A DNA stretch of 64,000 nt from contig JAQUQI010000001.1 in NCBI GenBank assembly GCA_028716165.1, positions 191,832 through 255,831 on the forward strand, written 5' to 3'. The notes below the pieces were generated by a model, which saw only the letters and a list, made by a program, of their open reading frames with translations, was not told the origin of the DNA and ran no database searches. Below are positions 38,216 to 48,060 of the stretch, piece by piece; position 1 is the first letter of the stretch; the number at the start of each line of letters is the position of its first letter. This DNA is from Candidatus Omnitrophota bacterium (GTDB lineage Bacteria; Omnitrophota; Gorgyraeia; JABMRG01). The translations under genes were made by a program, and so were the position numbers.

Positions 38216-38821
38216 CTACTTATAATGCCTGCCGGAATATTCTTCCAGAAGGCTTATAACACGGTCTTTGCACTTGCCGCATACAGTGCCTGATTTTGTT
38301 TTTTCCTGCAAGGCTGAATATGTACGCGCTCCTTCCTTAACTGCATTTTCTATTTCTTTATCCGTAACATTCATACACTGGCATATTATTTGCTCATTAT
38401 TTCTTTTAATCTTATTAGGCATGCCTTTTCTTTTATAATAATCATCTATCGCCGCGCGAAGGGCCTTGTCTCCGAGAACAGAGCAATGTATCTTGTGTTC
38501 AGGCAGGCCGCCAAGCTCGGCCGCGATATCTTTGGGCGATATATTATACGCGTCCTCAACCTTCATGCCTTTTACTTTTTCCGATAAAATGGACGTGGAA
38601 GCTATGGCGCTGGCACAGCCAAATGTTTTCCACTTGCAATCAGTGATAATGCCTCTCTTATCAACTTTTATTGCCATCATCATCTGATCGCCGCATTTTA
38701 TATTGCCGACAATGCCTTTGCCGTCTTCCTTATACGAGGCCTCGTCTGATAACACATTCCTTGGATTGGCAAAATGATCTTTTACGATATCCGTATAGAC
38801 CCACTCCACTGGTTTATCCAT
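38216..38821 (-). CDS. nifU: NifU-like Fe-S cluster scaffold: an IscU-type N-domain plus a BFD-like [2Fe-2S] domain.
   Basis: GNIKCGDQMMM, TFGCASAIAS and HCSVLG (IscU Cys), then CQCMNVTDKEI...CGKCKD. Confidence 0.7.
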   Translation of the reverse strand: MDKPVEWVYTDIVKDHFANPRNVLSDEASYKEDGKGIVGNIKCGDQMMMAIKVDKRGIITDCKWKTFGCASAIASTSILSEKVKGMKVEDAYNISPKDIAAELGGLPEHKIHCSVLGDKALRAAIDDYYKRKGMPNKIKRNNEQIICQCMNVTDKEIENAVKEGARTYSALQEKTKSGTVCGKCKDRVISLLEEYSGRHYK

Positions 38822-38827
38822 ATAAAA

Positions 38828-40015
38828 TTATCCTTTTTTAAAATAAGATGATGACATGCCCCGCACCTTTTTAATAACAGCGGGAAGCCTTTCTATCACA
38901 TAATCAATATCTTCGTCTGTAGTCTCTCTGCCCAGGCTGAAACGTATAGCTCCATGGGCATCTTCAGCCTCCATGCCTATTGCCAAAAGCACATGCGAAG
39001 GCTCTAGCGAGCCGGAAGCGCAGGCTGAACCTGTGGAAACGGCTATGCCTTCCATGTCAAGATAGAGCATTACCGCTTCTCCTTCAGCCGCCTTAAACGA
39101 AACGTTCAATGTGCCCGGAAGGCAATCCTCGGGATGGCCGTTAAAACTTATATCATCTATATTATCTTTTATAAAATCTTTTAGCCTTTGCTTTAACCGC
39201 GTAAGGCGGCGCGCCTCTTGCGCCATCTCATTCCTCCTGCAGGCAATTGCGGCCGCCATGCCTATTATGCCGATAGTGTTTTCCGTGCCCGCCCTGCGGC
39301 CTTTCTCCTGATGCCCGCCGCGTATAAAAGGGCAGAAGGGCGCTTTTGATCTGGCATATAAAGCGCCTATACCTTTGGGCCCATAAATTTTATGCGCGGA
39401 AAAAGATAAAAAATCAACCCCGAGCTCTTTCACGTCAACGGGCAGTTTACCTACGGCCTGAACAGCGTCTGTATGCAGTAATGCGCCGTTGCGATGCGTT
39501 ATATCAGATATGCTTTTTATATCCTGGATAGTCCCTATTTCATTGTTTGCCATCATTATTGAAACAAGCACGGTATTTTCATTTATCATATCCTTCAAAC
39601 GGCCAATATCAATCTTACCGGAGCGCTGGACTCCGGCCCTGGCCACCGTCATCCCTTTTTGCCCCATGCACTTAGATGTCTCAATAACGCAAGGATGTTC
39701 TATATCGGATACGATAATCTGGCGCTTTCCGCCGTATTTGGAGGAGCATAGGGCGGAACAGCATGAAAGCATATTTAATACAGTATTATTTGCTTCCGAA
39801 CCGCTGCCGACAAATATAATTTCATCCGGATCGGCATTGATAAACGAGGCCATATCGGCCCTTGCCGTCTCTATGGCGGATTTTGCCTGCCTGCCGAAAA
39901 AATGAAGGCTTGAGGCATTGCCATAGATATCAAACAGCCCGCTGATAGCTTTTTTAACTTCAGGATGAAGCGGGGTCGTCGCGTTATTATCAAGATACAC
40001 GTTTCTGTCTTTCAT
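38828..40015 (-). CDS. nifS: Cysteine desulfurase NifS/IscS.
   Basis: PLP lysine SFSAHKIYGPKGIGALY, catalytic Cys loop STGSACASG. 395 aa. Confidence 0.85.
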   Translation of the reverse strand: MKDRNVYLDNNATTPLHPEVKKAISGLFDIYGNASSLHFFGRQAKSAIETARADMASFINADPDEIIFVGSGSEANNTVLNMLSCCSALCSSKYGGKRQIIVSDIEHPCVIETSKCMGQKGMTVARAGVQRSGKIDIGRLKDMINENTVLVSIMMANNEIGTIQDIKSISDITHRNGALLHTDAVQAVGKLPVDVKELGVDFLSFSAHKIYGPKGIGALYARSKAPFCPFIRGGHQEKGRRAGTENTIGIIGMAAAIACRRNEMAQEARRLTRLKQRLKDFIKDNIDDISFNGHPEDCLPGTLNVSFKAAEGEAVMLYLDMEGIAVSTGSACASGSLEPSHVLLAIGMEAEDAHGAIRFSLGRETTDEDIDYVIERLPAVIKKVRGMSSSYFKKG

Positions 40016-40452
40016 TTTTTAAACGCCTTTTCCTTTCTGCGCAAAAGCAAAAGCCCTTTTAGCGTGTAGAGTTTAAGGTAATCCCCGATAACAGACCTAA
40101 GCCCGAGCCATAGCCCCCTGACCTTGCAATCATCAAAATGGGAGCAGTCTTTTCGCCTGGCCCTGGGCCGTTCACAGACAAGTTGTAAAACGCTTTTTTC
40201 TACTGCCAATACGATATCCATTGCCGTGATGTCCGCGGGCCGCCTGGAAAGCACATAACCTCCTTTTGATCCGCGGGCGCTTTTTACTATCCCGGCTCGT
40301 CTTAACGCGCGCAGTAATTGTTCAACGTAATCGTACTCTATACTCTCTCTCTTGGAAATAAGGCCCACAGGGGTAGGCTTACCCTGCTCATACCTGTCCG
40401 CCAGTATAATAGCGCATGATAAAGCGTAATCCAAACGAGAACTTATCTTCAC
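40012..40452 (-). CDS. iscR: Rrf2-family transcriptional regulator (IscR-like, with a Cys cluster).
   Basis: N-terminal wHTH MKISSRLDYALSCAIILA. CERPRARRKDCSHFDDC three-Cys motif. Confidence 0.65.
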   Translation of the reverse strand: MKISSRLDYALSCAIILADRYEQGKPTPVGLISKRESIEYDYVEQLLRALRRAGIVKSARGSKGGYVLSRRPADITAMDIVLAVEKSVLQLVCERPRARRKDCSHFDDCKVRGLWLGLRSVIGDYLKLYTLKGLLLLRRKEKAFKK

Positions 40453-40489
40453 CCTATTTTACTCCCCATTATTTCTCTAATGCGAAATA

Positions 40490-40518
40490 AATATACAATA
40501 TCCGCTATTTTTTGTCAA
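40490..40518 (-). promoter_or_regulatory. Sigma70-like promoter for the iscR-nifS-nifU operon: -35 TTGACA (40518..40513) and -10 TATATT (40495..40490), 17-nt spacer.
   Basis: Minus strand reads TTGACAaaaaatagcggatattgTATATT, ~35 nt upstream of the iscR ATG. Confidence 0.45.
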
Positions 40519-40530
40519 GTATTATTTTAA

Positions 40531-40890
40531 TGAGCACATAAGTTACGCGACCGTAAGGAAGCGTAACTTATAAGTGCGAATGCATCCTGAAAATACGACG
40601 AACAGGAGTATTTGAAGGATCCAGGTGTCAATACAGTATACGGGAGCATTGTCAGGATCTAATTGTGAACATAAGTTACGCGACCGCCAGCAAAGCGTAA
40701 CTTATAAATGAGCACATAAGTTACGCGACCGTAAGGGAGCGTAATTTAATAGTGCGAATGCATCCTGAAAATACGACGAACAGGAGTATTTGAAGGATCC
40801 AGGTGTCAATACAGTATACGGTAGCATTATCAGGATCTAAGTGCGAATGCATCCTGAAAATACGACGAACAGGAGTATTTGAAGGATCCA
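40531..40890. repeat. Intergenic tandem repeat array: a 178-bp unit in two copies plus an extra partial copy. It contains three copies of a 34-bp hairpin-forming palindrome and three copies of a ~50-88-bp B-unit.
   Basis: Palindrome copies (ATAAGTTACGC-N12-GCGTAACTTAT): 40538-40571 is perfect; 40671-40705 has a variant spacer; 40716-40750 is degenerate. B-unit copies (gtgcgaatgcatcctgaaaatacgacgaacaggagtatttgaaggatcca...) lie at 40574-40662, 40752-40840 and 40841-40890. Confidence 0.85.
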
Positions 40891-40957
40891 AGATTACCTT
40901 AATTGTCACGAGGATAATTGATAGGTGTAGTACGATAACCTGATAAAAATAAGCGGG

Positions 40958-41926
40958 TCACAGATATTTTCCAGAGCCAAGATAGCCCGCATAATCCTTC
41001 ACAGCCTTGTCCATATCCATAAAACTGTGATCGCATCCGGCAGATCTTAATTTAGCAATAACAGCCTTGGTAAAATACTGGTATTGTTGTTTAATATTTT
41101 GCGGCATGTCAATATATTCTATAACAGGCTCTTTGCCTAAAGCTTTAAATAGAGCGCGCGCTAACTCGTTCCAGGTATAAGCGCGGCCTGTTCCCACATT
41201 ATATATCCCTCTCTTACCGGGATTTGATAAAAAAAACCACATTATATCAACAACGTCTTTTACGTATACAAAATCTCTCATCTGTCCGCCATCGGCATAT
41301 TCCGGTTTGTATGACTTAAAAAGCTTAAGCCTGCCGGTTTCTTTTATCTGATAATATCCTTTATTAATCATGCTTCTCATGTCCTGCTTGTGATACTCAT
41401 TGGGCCCATAGACATTAAAAAACTTAAAACCTACTACCTTATCGGCAATCTTATTGTCTAATACCCACAGATCAAATTTATGTTTTGACCGGCCGTATTC
41501 ATTCAATGGTTGAAGTTTCAAAGTGGATGAATCATCATCACTATAACCCAACTCGCCGCTGCCGTAAGTCGCCGCGCTGCTCGCGTAATAAAAAGGCTTA
41601 TTATTCTTTATTGACCACAGGGCAAGCTCTTTGGTATATAAAAAATTATTATGGTCAAGGTATTTGCTGTCCGTCTGCGTTGTGTCGGCGCAGGCGCCTA
41701 AGTGCACTATCACATCTATGGCATCATTCATGCGGCCTGTCCCAATGAGCCTGCGAAAATCATCGCGTTCAATGTATCCGGCAATATTTTTTCCTTTTAT
41801 GTTCGCGCTGTCTTTAGCCTTACAGCCAATATCTACAACGATAATATCCTTTATGCCCTGCGTATTAAGCTTCCACAAAAAAACACTTCCTATAAAACCC
41901 GCCCCGCCTGTCACTGCTATCTTCAT
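40958..41926 (-). CDS. NAD-dependent sugar-nucleotide epimerase (ADP-L-glycero-D-manno-heptose 6-epimerase HldD-like).
   Basis: MKIAVTGGAGFIGS and a YGRSK catalytic motif. 322 aa. Confidence 0.55.
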   Translation of the reverse strand: MKIAVTGGAGFIGSVFLWKLNTQGIKDIIVVDIGCKAKDSANIKGKNIAGYIERDDFRRLIGTGRMNDAIDVIVHLGACADTTQTDSKYLDHNNFLYTKELALWSIKNNKPFYYASSAATYGSGELGYSDDDSSTLKLQPLNEYGRSKHKFDLWVLDNKIADKVVGFKFFNVYGPNEYHKQDMRSMINKGYYQIKETGRLKLFKSYKPEYADGGQMRDFVYVKDVVDIMWFFLSNPGKRGIYNVGTGRAYTWNELARALFKALGKEPVIEYIDMPQNIKQQYQYFTKAVIAKLRSAGCDHSFMDMDKAVKDYAGYLGSGKYL

Positions 41927-42795
41927 ATCTGATTCTCCGGATTTATATACTCATCCGCCCTGTAAGAACTTCTTACATAAGGAGCGCTGGCGGTATATTT
42001 AAAACCAAGTTCCTTTGCCTTGATCTTATAATATTCAAAAATATCAGGGCTTATATAATTTTTTACGGGATAATGCCGTTTACTCGGCGGAAGATACTGC
42101 CCTATACTTAAAAAATCGCAACCCGCCCGGCGTAAGTCGGCTAATACCTCAAGCACTTCCTTATCATTTTCGCCAAGGCCCAGCATTATACCGCTTTTTG
42201 CCAAAATAGCGCCTTGTGACAAAGTCTTCACAGCCTCCAGCACGGCCAGCGACCTGTTATAATCAGCTTCCGGCCTTATCCGCGGATAAAGCCTGGGCAC
42301 GGTTTCAACATTGTGGCCTATAATAACGGGCGAGGCCTGGACAATCTTGTCTATGTCGTCTATATGGCCCTTAAAATCCGGGATAAGCACTTCAACGCTT
42401 GTGCCATTATTTAAACTGCGGACAGAACATATAGTCCGCGCAAAATGTCCGGCACCGCCGTCTTGTAAGTCATCTCTGGTAACACTCGTAATTACAACGT
42501 GGCTTAATCCAAGCCGCTTAACCGCTTCTGCCACATGGCCCGGTTCGGCATCATCCGTTTCACAGGGCGCGTGTTTTTGGACATTACAAAATTTACATCC
42601 CCTTGTGCAATTGCCGCCTAATATCATGAATGTCGCGATACCCCTTGAGAAACATTCCGAAATATTAGGGCAGGCCGCCGCTTCGCACACTGAATAAAGG
42701 CCTAAGCCTCTTAATAGCGCCTTCATGCGGCCGCAATCCCTTAAGTTTATTTTCTTATCAAGCCACGCCGGCTTTATCTTAGTCAATATCGGCAT
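41923..42795 (-). CDS. lipA: Lipoyl synthase. Preferred start is MPILTK at ~42795; the ORF track extends to 42888.
   Basis: CEAAACPNISECF auxiliary cluster and CTRGCKFCNV radical SAM Cx3Cx2C. Confidence 0.85.
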   Translation of the reverse strand: MPILTKIKPAWLDKKINLRDCGRMKALLRGLGLYSVCEAAACPNISECFSRGIATFMILGGNCTRGCKFCNVQKHAPCETDDAEPGHVAEAVKRLGLSHVVITSVTRDDLQDGGAGHFARTICSVRSLNNGTSVEVLIPDFKGHIDDIDKIVQASPVIIGHNVETVPRLYPRIRPEADYNRSLAVLEAVKTLSQGAILAKSGIMLGLGENDKEVLEVLADLRRAGCDFLSIGQYLPPSKRHYPVKNYISPDIFEYYKIKAKELGFKYTASAPYVRSSYRADEYINPENQI

Positions 42796-43576
42796 AAAGA
42801 TTCCACCTGTCTGTTCCGTATTTACAAGCCAAAAGTTTTTTAAGCAAACTATCTTCCGCGGGATTAAGCGCGTCACGGATAAACCCAACGGAAAAACTCT
42901 TCTGAAATGAATCTATGATATTATATTTTACTTCTTCAAAAGTAATTTCCCTGCCCGCGGCCTGGCTCAATGAATAGGGCCTGAAACTGGCACGCGGATT
43001 TTTACCCTTCAATAATAAATCATATTTTTCAGGACACGGACAAAGAGGTATTGACCCATGTTGAAATATCAAGCCACGGCTTCTCCGTTGGGCATTGCCT
43101 CCTATTTTTTTATCTCCTATAACGATATCGTATTTTTCCCTGCTCCTAAAACAAACCCAGCCTGATTTTGGCGTTTTATCATGTAATAGAGAAAATCCGG
43201 CCTCAAGCCCCATTGCCCTGTATGCCCTAATCAAAAAAGCGCATAAATATCTGTATGTCTCCTTGGCAAAGCAGGGGCTTTGTATATCTCTTTCGGAACA
43301 TACAATGCTGTATGTAAGCTCTTTATCGTGAAAAACAATACCGCCTCCGGACATCCTCCTTACAAAACCTATATTAAGTCCGCGGCAGGCCTCAAGGTCA
43401 AGTTCTTTTAAGGGGTCTTGAAAAAGGCCTATGGAGAATGCCGACGGATGCCATCCGTATATCCTTAATACCGGAAGAGACGAGGCGCTGTCATACGCCT
43501 GGAACAAGGCCTCATCCAGGGCCATATTATACCTGCAATCGCCCTGGCCTGTTTCAAGAAGCCTCCATTTATTCAT
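42779..43576 (-). CDS. Lipoate-protein ligase/octanoyltransferase family protein (LplA/LipM-like BPL_LplA_LipB domain). Preferred start is MNKWRLL at 43576.
   Basis: Conserved Lys region KKIGGNAQRRSRGLIFQHGSI. Confidence 0.6.
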   Translation of the reverse strand: MNKWRLLETGQGDCRYNMALDEALFQAYDSASSLPVLRIYGWHPSAFSIGLFQDPLKELDLEACRGLNIGFVRRMSGGGIVFHDKELTYSIVCSERDIQSPCFAKETYRYLCAFLIRAYRAMGLEAGFSLLHDKTPKSGWVCFRSREKYDIVIGDKKIGGNAQRRSRGLIFQHGSIPLCPCPEKYDLLLKGKNPRASFRPYSLSQAAGREITFEEVKYNIIDSFQKSFSVGFIRDALNPAEDSLLKKLLACKYGTDRWNLYADID

Positions 43577-45080
43577 ATGTTTGCAAAGGACATGCCTTGC
43601 CGGGAGACGGAGATAGCGGACGAGCGCCGGCAGAAGGCCTCCAGCACAGATCAAGCTCTCTGGCGGCCTTTACCTCATCCATACGGCTTACAGGGGTTGT
43701 AACAGGCATATCATGAAATTTATTGGCGTCCCTGCGGGCTAATTCAGCGGCTTCTATCATTGCTTCTATGAACTCGTCTAAAGTCTCTTTTGATTCGGTT
43801 TCGGTCGGCTCAATCATCATGGCCTCCCTGACAATAAGCGGAAAATATATCGTGGGCGGGTGAAAACCCCTGTCAATAAGAAATTTAGCTATATCTAATG
43901 CCTTTACCCCGTTTTCAGACTGTCTTTGCGCGGACAGGACACACTCGTGCATACAGCGCTTGCCATAAGCAACATCATAATATTGTTTAAGCCTGCACAT
44001 GCAATAATTGGCATTAAGCACGGCATATTCGCTGGCTTTTATAAGCCCTTCCCTGCCAAGTATCAATATATACGCGTAGGCTTTTAATATAACGGCAAAA
44101 TTACCGTAGAAAGGCGCGATATAGCCTATGGATTTAGGATTATTGTATTCAAGATAGAATGCCCCCGCCGGCCTTTTCATCACCCTTGATACAGGCAGAA
44201 AATCCACCAGCTGGCTGGCTACGCCGACAGGGCCGGCGCCTGGGCCTCCGCCGCCATGGGGCGTGGCGAATGTCTTATGAAGATTAAGATGGACAAGATC
44301 AAAACCCAAATCACCGGGACGGCACTTGCCCATTATCGCGTTAAGATTAGCGCCGTCATAATACACCAGAGCGCCTGCTGAATGCGCGATGTCGGTTATC
44401 TCCTTTATGGCAGGATTAAATATGCCCAGCGTGTTTGGGCATGTAAGCATGACAGCCGCCATGTCCTCACTCAAAGAATCCTTGAATTGGCGCATGTCCA
44501 TACAGCCGTCAGGGCCTGTTTTTATTACCTTGACATCATAACCGGCTATCGCGGCGCTGGCGGGATTTGTGCCATGAGAAGAGTCGGGGACTATAACACA
44601 TCTCCTGCGCCGGCCTTTATTCTTGTGATACGCGGCTATAAGCATGATACCGGTAAGCTCTCCATGAGCGCCGGCTAAAGGCTGCATAGTAAAAGCCGCC
44701 ATGCCCGTTATCTCGCAGAGAAGCTTTTCCATATTGTATAAGACCTCAAGCGCGCCCTGTGAAAGCCTGCCGCCGCCGAGTAATTGCGGGATAAGAGGAT
44801 GCAGTCCGGAAAATCCCTCCATACAGGCAATCTTCTCCGTAAATTTCGGATTATACTTCATGGTGCACGAACCGAGCGGATAAAAATTATTATCAACCGA
44901 AAAATTCATGCGGGAAAGATTAGTATAGTGCCTTACAACATCAAGTTCCGACACTTCGGGCAGAAAAGCCCCGTGATTTCGGGCATACCTAATACCTATA
45001 TCCTTTTTCCGCGGCACATCAGGGGCGGGCAGGCTAAAACCCGTCCTTGATTTAACGCTCTTTTCAAATATTAATTTCAT
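43569..45080 (-). CDS. gcvPB: Glycine dehydrogenase (decarboxylating) subunit 2.
   Basis: N-terminus FLPEVSELDVVRHYTNLSRMNFSVD and a PLP region. 503 aa. Confidence 0.9.
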   Translation of the reverse strand: MKLIFEKSVKSRTGFSLPAPDVPRKKDIGIRYARNHGAFLPEVSELDVVRHYTNLSRMNFSVDNNFYPLGSCTMKYNPKFTEKIACMEGFSGLHPLIPQLLGGGRLSQGALEVLYNMEKLLCEITGMAAFTMQPLAGAHGELTGIMLIAAYHKNKGRRRRCVIVPDSSHGTNPASAAIAGYDVKVIKTGPDGCMDMRQFKDSLSEDMAAVMLTCPNTLGIFNPAIKEITDIAHSAGALVYYDGANLNAIMGKCRPGDLGFDLVHLNLHKTFATPHGGGGPGAGPVGVASQLVDFLPVSRVMKRPAGAFYLEYNNPKSIGYIAPFYGNFAVILKAYAYILILGREGLIKASEYAVLNANYCMCRLKQYYDVAYGKRCMHECVLSAQRQSENGVKALDIAKFLIDRGFHPPTIYFPLIVREAMMIEPTETESKETLDEFIEAMIEAAELARRDANKFHDMPVTTPVSRMDEVKAARELDLCWRPSAGARPLSPSPGKACPLQTYE

Positions 45081-46408
45081 AACACCTTTTCCAATGCCTG
45101 GACAAACTGCTCTATATCCTCTTTTGTCCTCTTTTCGGTAACAGCCACAAGAAGATAATTGTTCATACCCTTATAAAATTTACCTAATGGAAAACCCGGG
45201 GCAAAGCCTTTGTCTATCATCTTTTCAACAACAACATCCGCGTTCCTGGGAAGGGCAATGGTAAATTCGTTGAATGTCGGAGAACTCCTTTTCACCTTAA
45301 GGCCTGGTATCTTCTCAACGCAGTCCTTGGCGTATTCACATTTATCATAATTTAATCTGGCAAGTTCTTCCATGCCTGTTTTGCCAAGAAGTGACAAGTA
45401 TATGCCTGCCCTTAAAGCGCATAATGCCTCGTTTGAGCATATGTTTGATGTAGCGCGCTCTCTTCGTATGTGTTGTTCTCTTGCCTGCAAAGTCAGCACA
45501 AACCCGCGCCTTCCTTCCCTATCCGTGCCAGCTCCCACTATCCTTCCGGGCATCTTGCGCGTAAGAGCCTGCTTGCAGGCTATAAACCCAAGATATGGCC
45601 CGCCAAAAGAAAGAGGCATGCCCAGGCTCTGGCCCTCTCCGGTAGCTATATCCGCCCCCATTTCAGCAGGAGTCTTTAGCATGCCAAGCGATACGGGGTA
45701 AACACTGATTATGGAAAGAGCCCCCACGGAATGGGCCTTTTGCGCGATATCGGAATGGTCGTCTACGGCGCCGAAAAAATTAGGATTTTGCGTTACCACG
45801 GCGGCGGTTTTTTCATCCAGATACCTAAATATCTCTTCGCGGCAGCTTTGGCCGTGTATAACAGGCGTTTCCACAAATTCAATATTAAGATTTGACATAT
45901 AGGTATAAAGCATTGTCCTGTATATCATGTTCAATCCGCTATCCATTATTATTTTTGTCCGGCCGGTCGCTCTTATTGCCATCATAGCCGCCTCGTAAAT
46001 AGCCGTTCCGCCGTCATATAAAGAAGAATTTGCGCAATCCATGCCCGTGAGCTGGCATATCATACTCTGGTACTCATAGATTGCCTGCAGCCAGCCCTGG
46101 GAACACTCCGCCTGATACGGAGTATAGGCTGTATAAAACTCTGACCTGCCGGCCATCATATCAACTGCCGCCGGTATATAGTGGTCATAAAACCCGGCGC
46201 CAAGAAAGTTTTTTAATGAGACAATATTTTTTTGAGCAATCCGGGACAGGCGGGAAATAACCTCCTGTTCTGATAAAGACTGCGGGATATTAAATGATTT
46301 GGGCCTTAATTCGGGCTTTATCCCGTCAAATAATTCATCAATAGACGATACGCCTATCGCCTCAAGCATCTGACGAGTCTGTTCTTCCGTGTGCGGGATA
46401 TAATTCAT
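45077..46408 (-). CDS. gcvPA: Glycine dehydrogenase (decarboxylating) subunit 1.
   Basis: 443 aa with typical P-protein alpha features, 4-bp coupling to gcvPB. Confidence 0.9.
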   Translation of the reverse strand: MNYIPHTEEQTRQMLEAIGVSSIDELFDGIKPELRPKSFNIPQSLSEQEVISRLSRIAQKNIVSLKNFLGAGFYDHYIPAAVDMMAGRSEFYTAYTPYQAECSQGWLQAIYEYQSMICQLTGMDCANSSLYDGGTAIYEAAMMAIRATGRTKIIMDSGLNMIYRTMLYTYMSNLNIEFVETPVIHGQSCREEIFRYLDEKTAAVVTQNPNFFGAVDDHSDIAQKAHSVGALSIISVYPVSLGMLKTPAEMGADIATGEGQSLGMPLSFGGPYLGFIACKQALTRKMPGRIVGAGTDREGRRGFVLTLQAREQHIRRERATSNICSNEALCALRAGIYLSLLGKTGMEELARLNYDKCEYAKDCVEKIPGLKVKRSSPTFNEFTIALPRNADVVVEKMIDKGFAPGFPLGKFYKGMNNYLLVAVTEKRTKEDIEQFVQALEKVL

Positions 46409-46794
46409 GCGTTCAATTCATCCAAATATTTTTTATATTCATACTGGTCAAGAAGGCCCTGTTTTTCAGAAAGATCGCGGGTTTTAATGACGGCGAACCA
46501 GGCTTTTTCATACGGAGACTGGTTGACTATTTCCGGATTTGCCACGATTTCTTCGTTTATCCTGGCAACCTTACCCGACAAAGGAGCGTATACGTCCGAA
46601 GCGGCCTTCACGGATTCAACCGTCGCTATAACCGATGATTTTTGAATATCAGCTCCCGGCGCGGGCAGTTGAACAAAAGTAATGTCCCCTAATGAAAACT
46701 GCGCGTAATCCGTGATTCCAATAGTTGCCATGTCCGATTCTATCTTTACCCATTCATGTTCTCTGGTATAGAGCAATCCTTCAGGTATATTCAT
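46405..46794 (-). CDS. gcvH: Glycine cleavage system H protein.
   Basis: Lipoyl-lysine motif ESVKAASDVYAPLSG. 129 aa. Confidence 0.85.
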   Translation of the reverse strand: MNIPEGLLYTREHEWVKIESDMATIGITDYAQFSLGDITFVQLPAPGADIQKSSVIATVESVKAASDVYAPLSGKVARINEEIVANPEIVNQSPYEKAWFAVIKTRDLSEKQGLLDQYEYKKYLDELNA

Positions 46795-47888
46795 TTCCTC
46801 AATGTCCCTTTCCTATAAAACGGCTTGTCTGTAATCCTGGCCGGTAATTCAAACCTTTCATTTTTTATCAATACGCGCGCGCCTATCCAATCATAACCGT
46901 TCTCAACATAACCCATGCCCACACCAATACCCAGGCTGGGGGCGAATGATCCGCTGGTAACGTATCCTGCCTCTTTTTCTTCAATATAGATTTTATCTCC
47001 ATGGCGCGGGCTTTGCCTTGTCCCCATGGTAAATACTATAAGCCTTTTTTGAAGCCCATCGCATCTCTGTTTTAATAATGCGGGTTTTCCAATGAAATCC
47101 TTTTTAAGGTCAAGAAAAACCTCAAATCCGGCTTCAAGCGGAGTAGTAGATTCATCAATATCCTGCCCGTATAAAGGATAGCACATCTCAAGCCTTAATG
47201 TGTCCCTTGCTCCAAGGCCCGCGGGCCTTACGCGTTCATCGGCAAGTATGGCCTGCCATAATTGCTGGGCAAAGCGGCTGTCGGCATATATCTCAAACCC
47301 AAGTTCACCGGTATATCCGGTACGGCTTATCACCGCGTTACAACCAATCAATTCAAACCTGCCGTGCTTGTAATACCCAAGCGCGTTTATGCCGTCACCC
47401 GCCAACGCCTTCATAATCTCCGATGACAAAGGCCCCTGGATATCCAGTTTAGCGGTCTTATCCGATATGTCTTCAATGGAGATATCCGGCGGCAATTTTT
47501 GCCGCAAATAAGCCAAGTCATTATCTTTAGTCGCGGCATTTACAACAAACATCCATTCATCCTCGCCCATTCTATAGGCTACGAGGTCATCAATGATTCC
47601 TCCTGATTCGTTAAGGATAAAACCGTATCTACAGCCTCCGACAGGCATTAAGGCGAGATTAGAGGTAAAACAAAGGTCTTTTTCCATGTCCCGGGCAGTG
47701 CCGCGAATTAAAAACTCACCCATATGGCATATGTCAAATAACGATGCTGACTGTCTTGTCCAATTATGTTCGGCGATAATACCTTTATATTGTATAGGCA
47801 TCATCCATCCGCCAAAAGGGCCAAGCCTGGCAGACAGCTGTTTATGATTTGACAATAAGGGGGTGTATTTCAATTGCGCATTTTCCAT
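46791..47888 (-). CDS. gcvT: Glycine cleavage system T protein (aminomethyltransferase).
   Basis: 365 aa and first gene of the gcvT-H-PA-PB cluster. Confidence 0.85.
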   Translation of the reverse strand: MENAQLKYTPLLSNHKQLSARLGPFGGWMMPIQYKGIIAEHNWTRQSASLFDICHMGEFLIRGTARDMEKDLCFTSNLALMPVGGCRYGFILNESGGIIDDLVAYRMGEDEWMFVVNAATKDNDLAYLRQKLPPDISIEDISDKTAKLDIQGPLSSEIMKALAGDGINALGYYKHGRFELIGCNAVISRTGYTGELGFEIYADSRFAQQLWQAILADERVRPAGLGARDTLRLEMCYPLYGQDIDESTTPLEAGFEVFLDLKKDFIGKPALLKQRCDGLQKRLIVFTMGTRQSPRHGDKIYIEEKEAGYVTSGSFAPSLGIGVGMGYVENGYDWIGARVLIKNERFELPARITDKPFYRKGTLRK

Positions 47889-48060
47889 TAAAGATTACCT
47901 TTAAAAAAATATTAAACTATAATAAATACGGGCAGTATAAGGAAATACGACGCGTTGGCTGCGGCAATACGTATCAAACCTGCGGCATATTCGCGTTAGC
48001 GCTTTGATAAATAATTACATAAAAACGCCTTACTCACGATACTGCGCGAAGGCAAAGCCC

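Noticed and set aside
40531-40890. Possible CRISPR array.
   Set aside because: The units are long (50-178 bp) and of unequal type. The segments between repeats are themselves repeated, not unique spacers. No cas genes are nearby.
40721-40909. 62-aa minus-strand ORF inside the tandem repeat array.
   Set aside because: It lies entirely within repeated hairpin and B-unit DNA, has no SD, and shows repeat-driven composition, so it is most likely non-coding.
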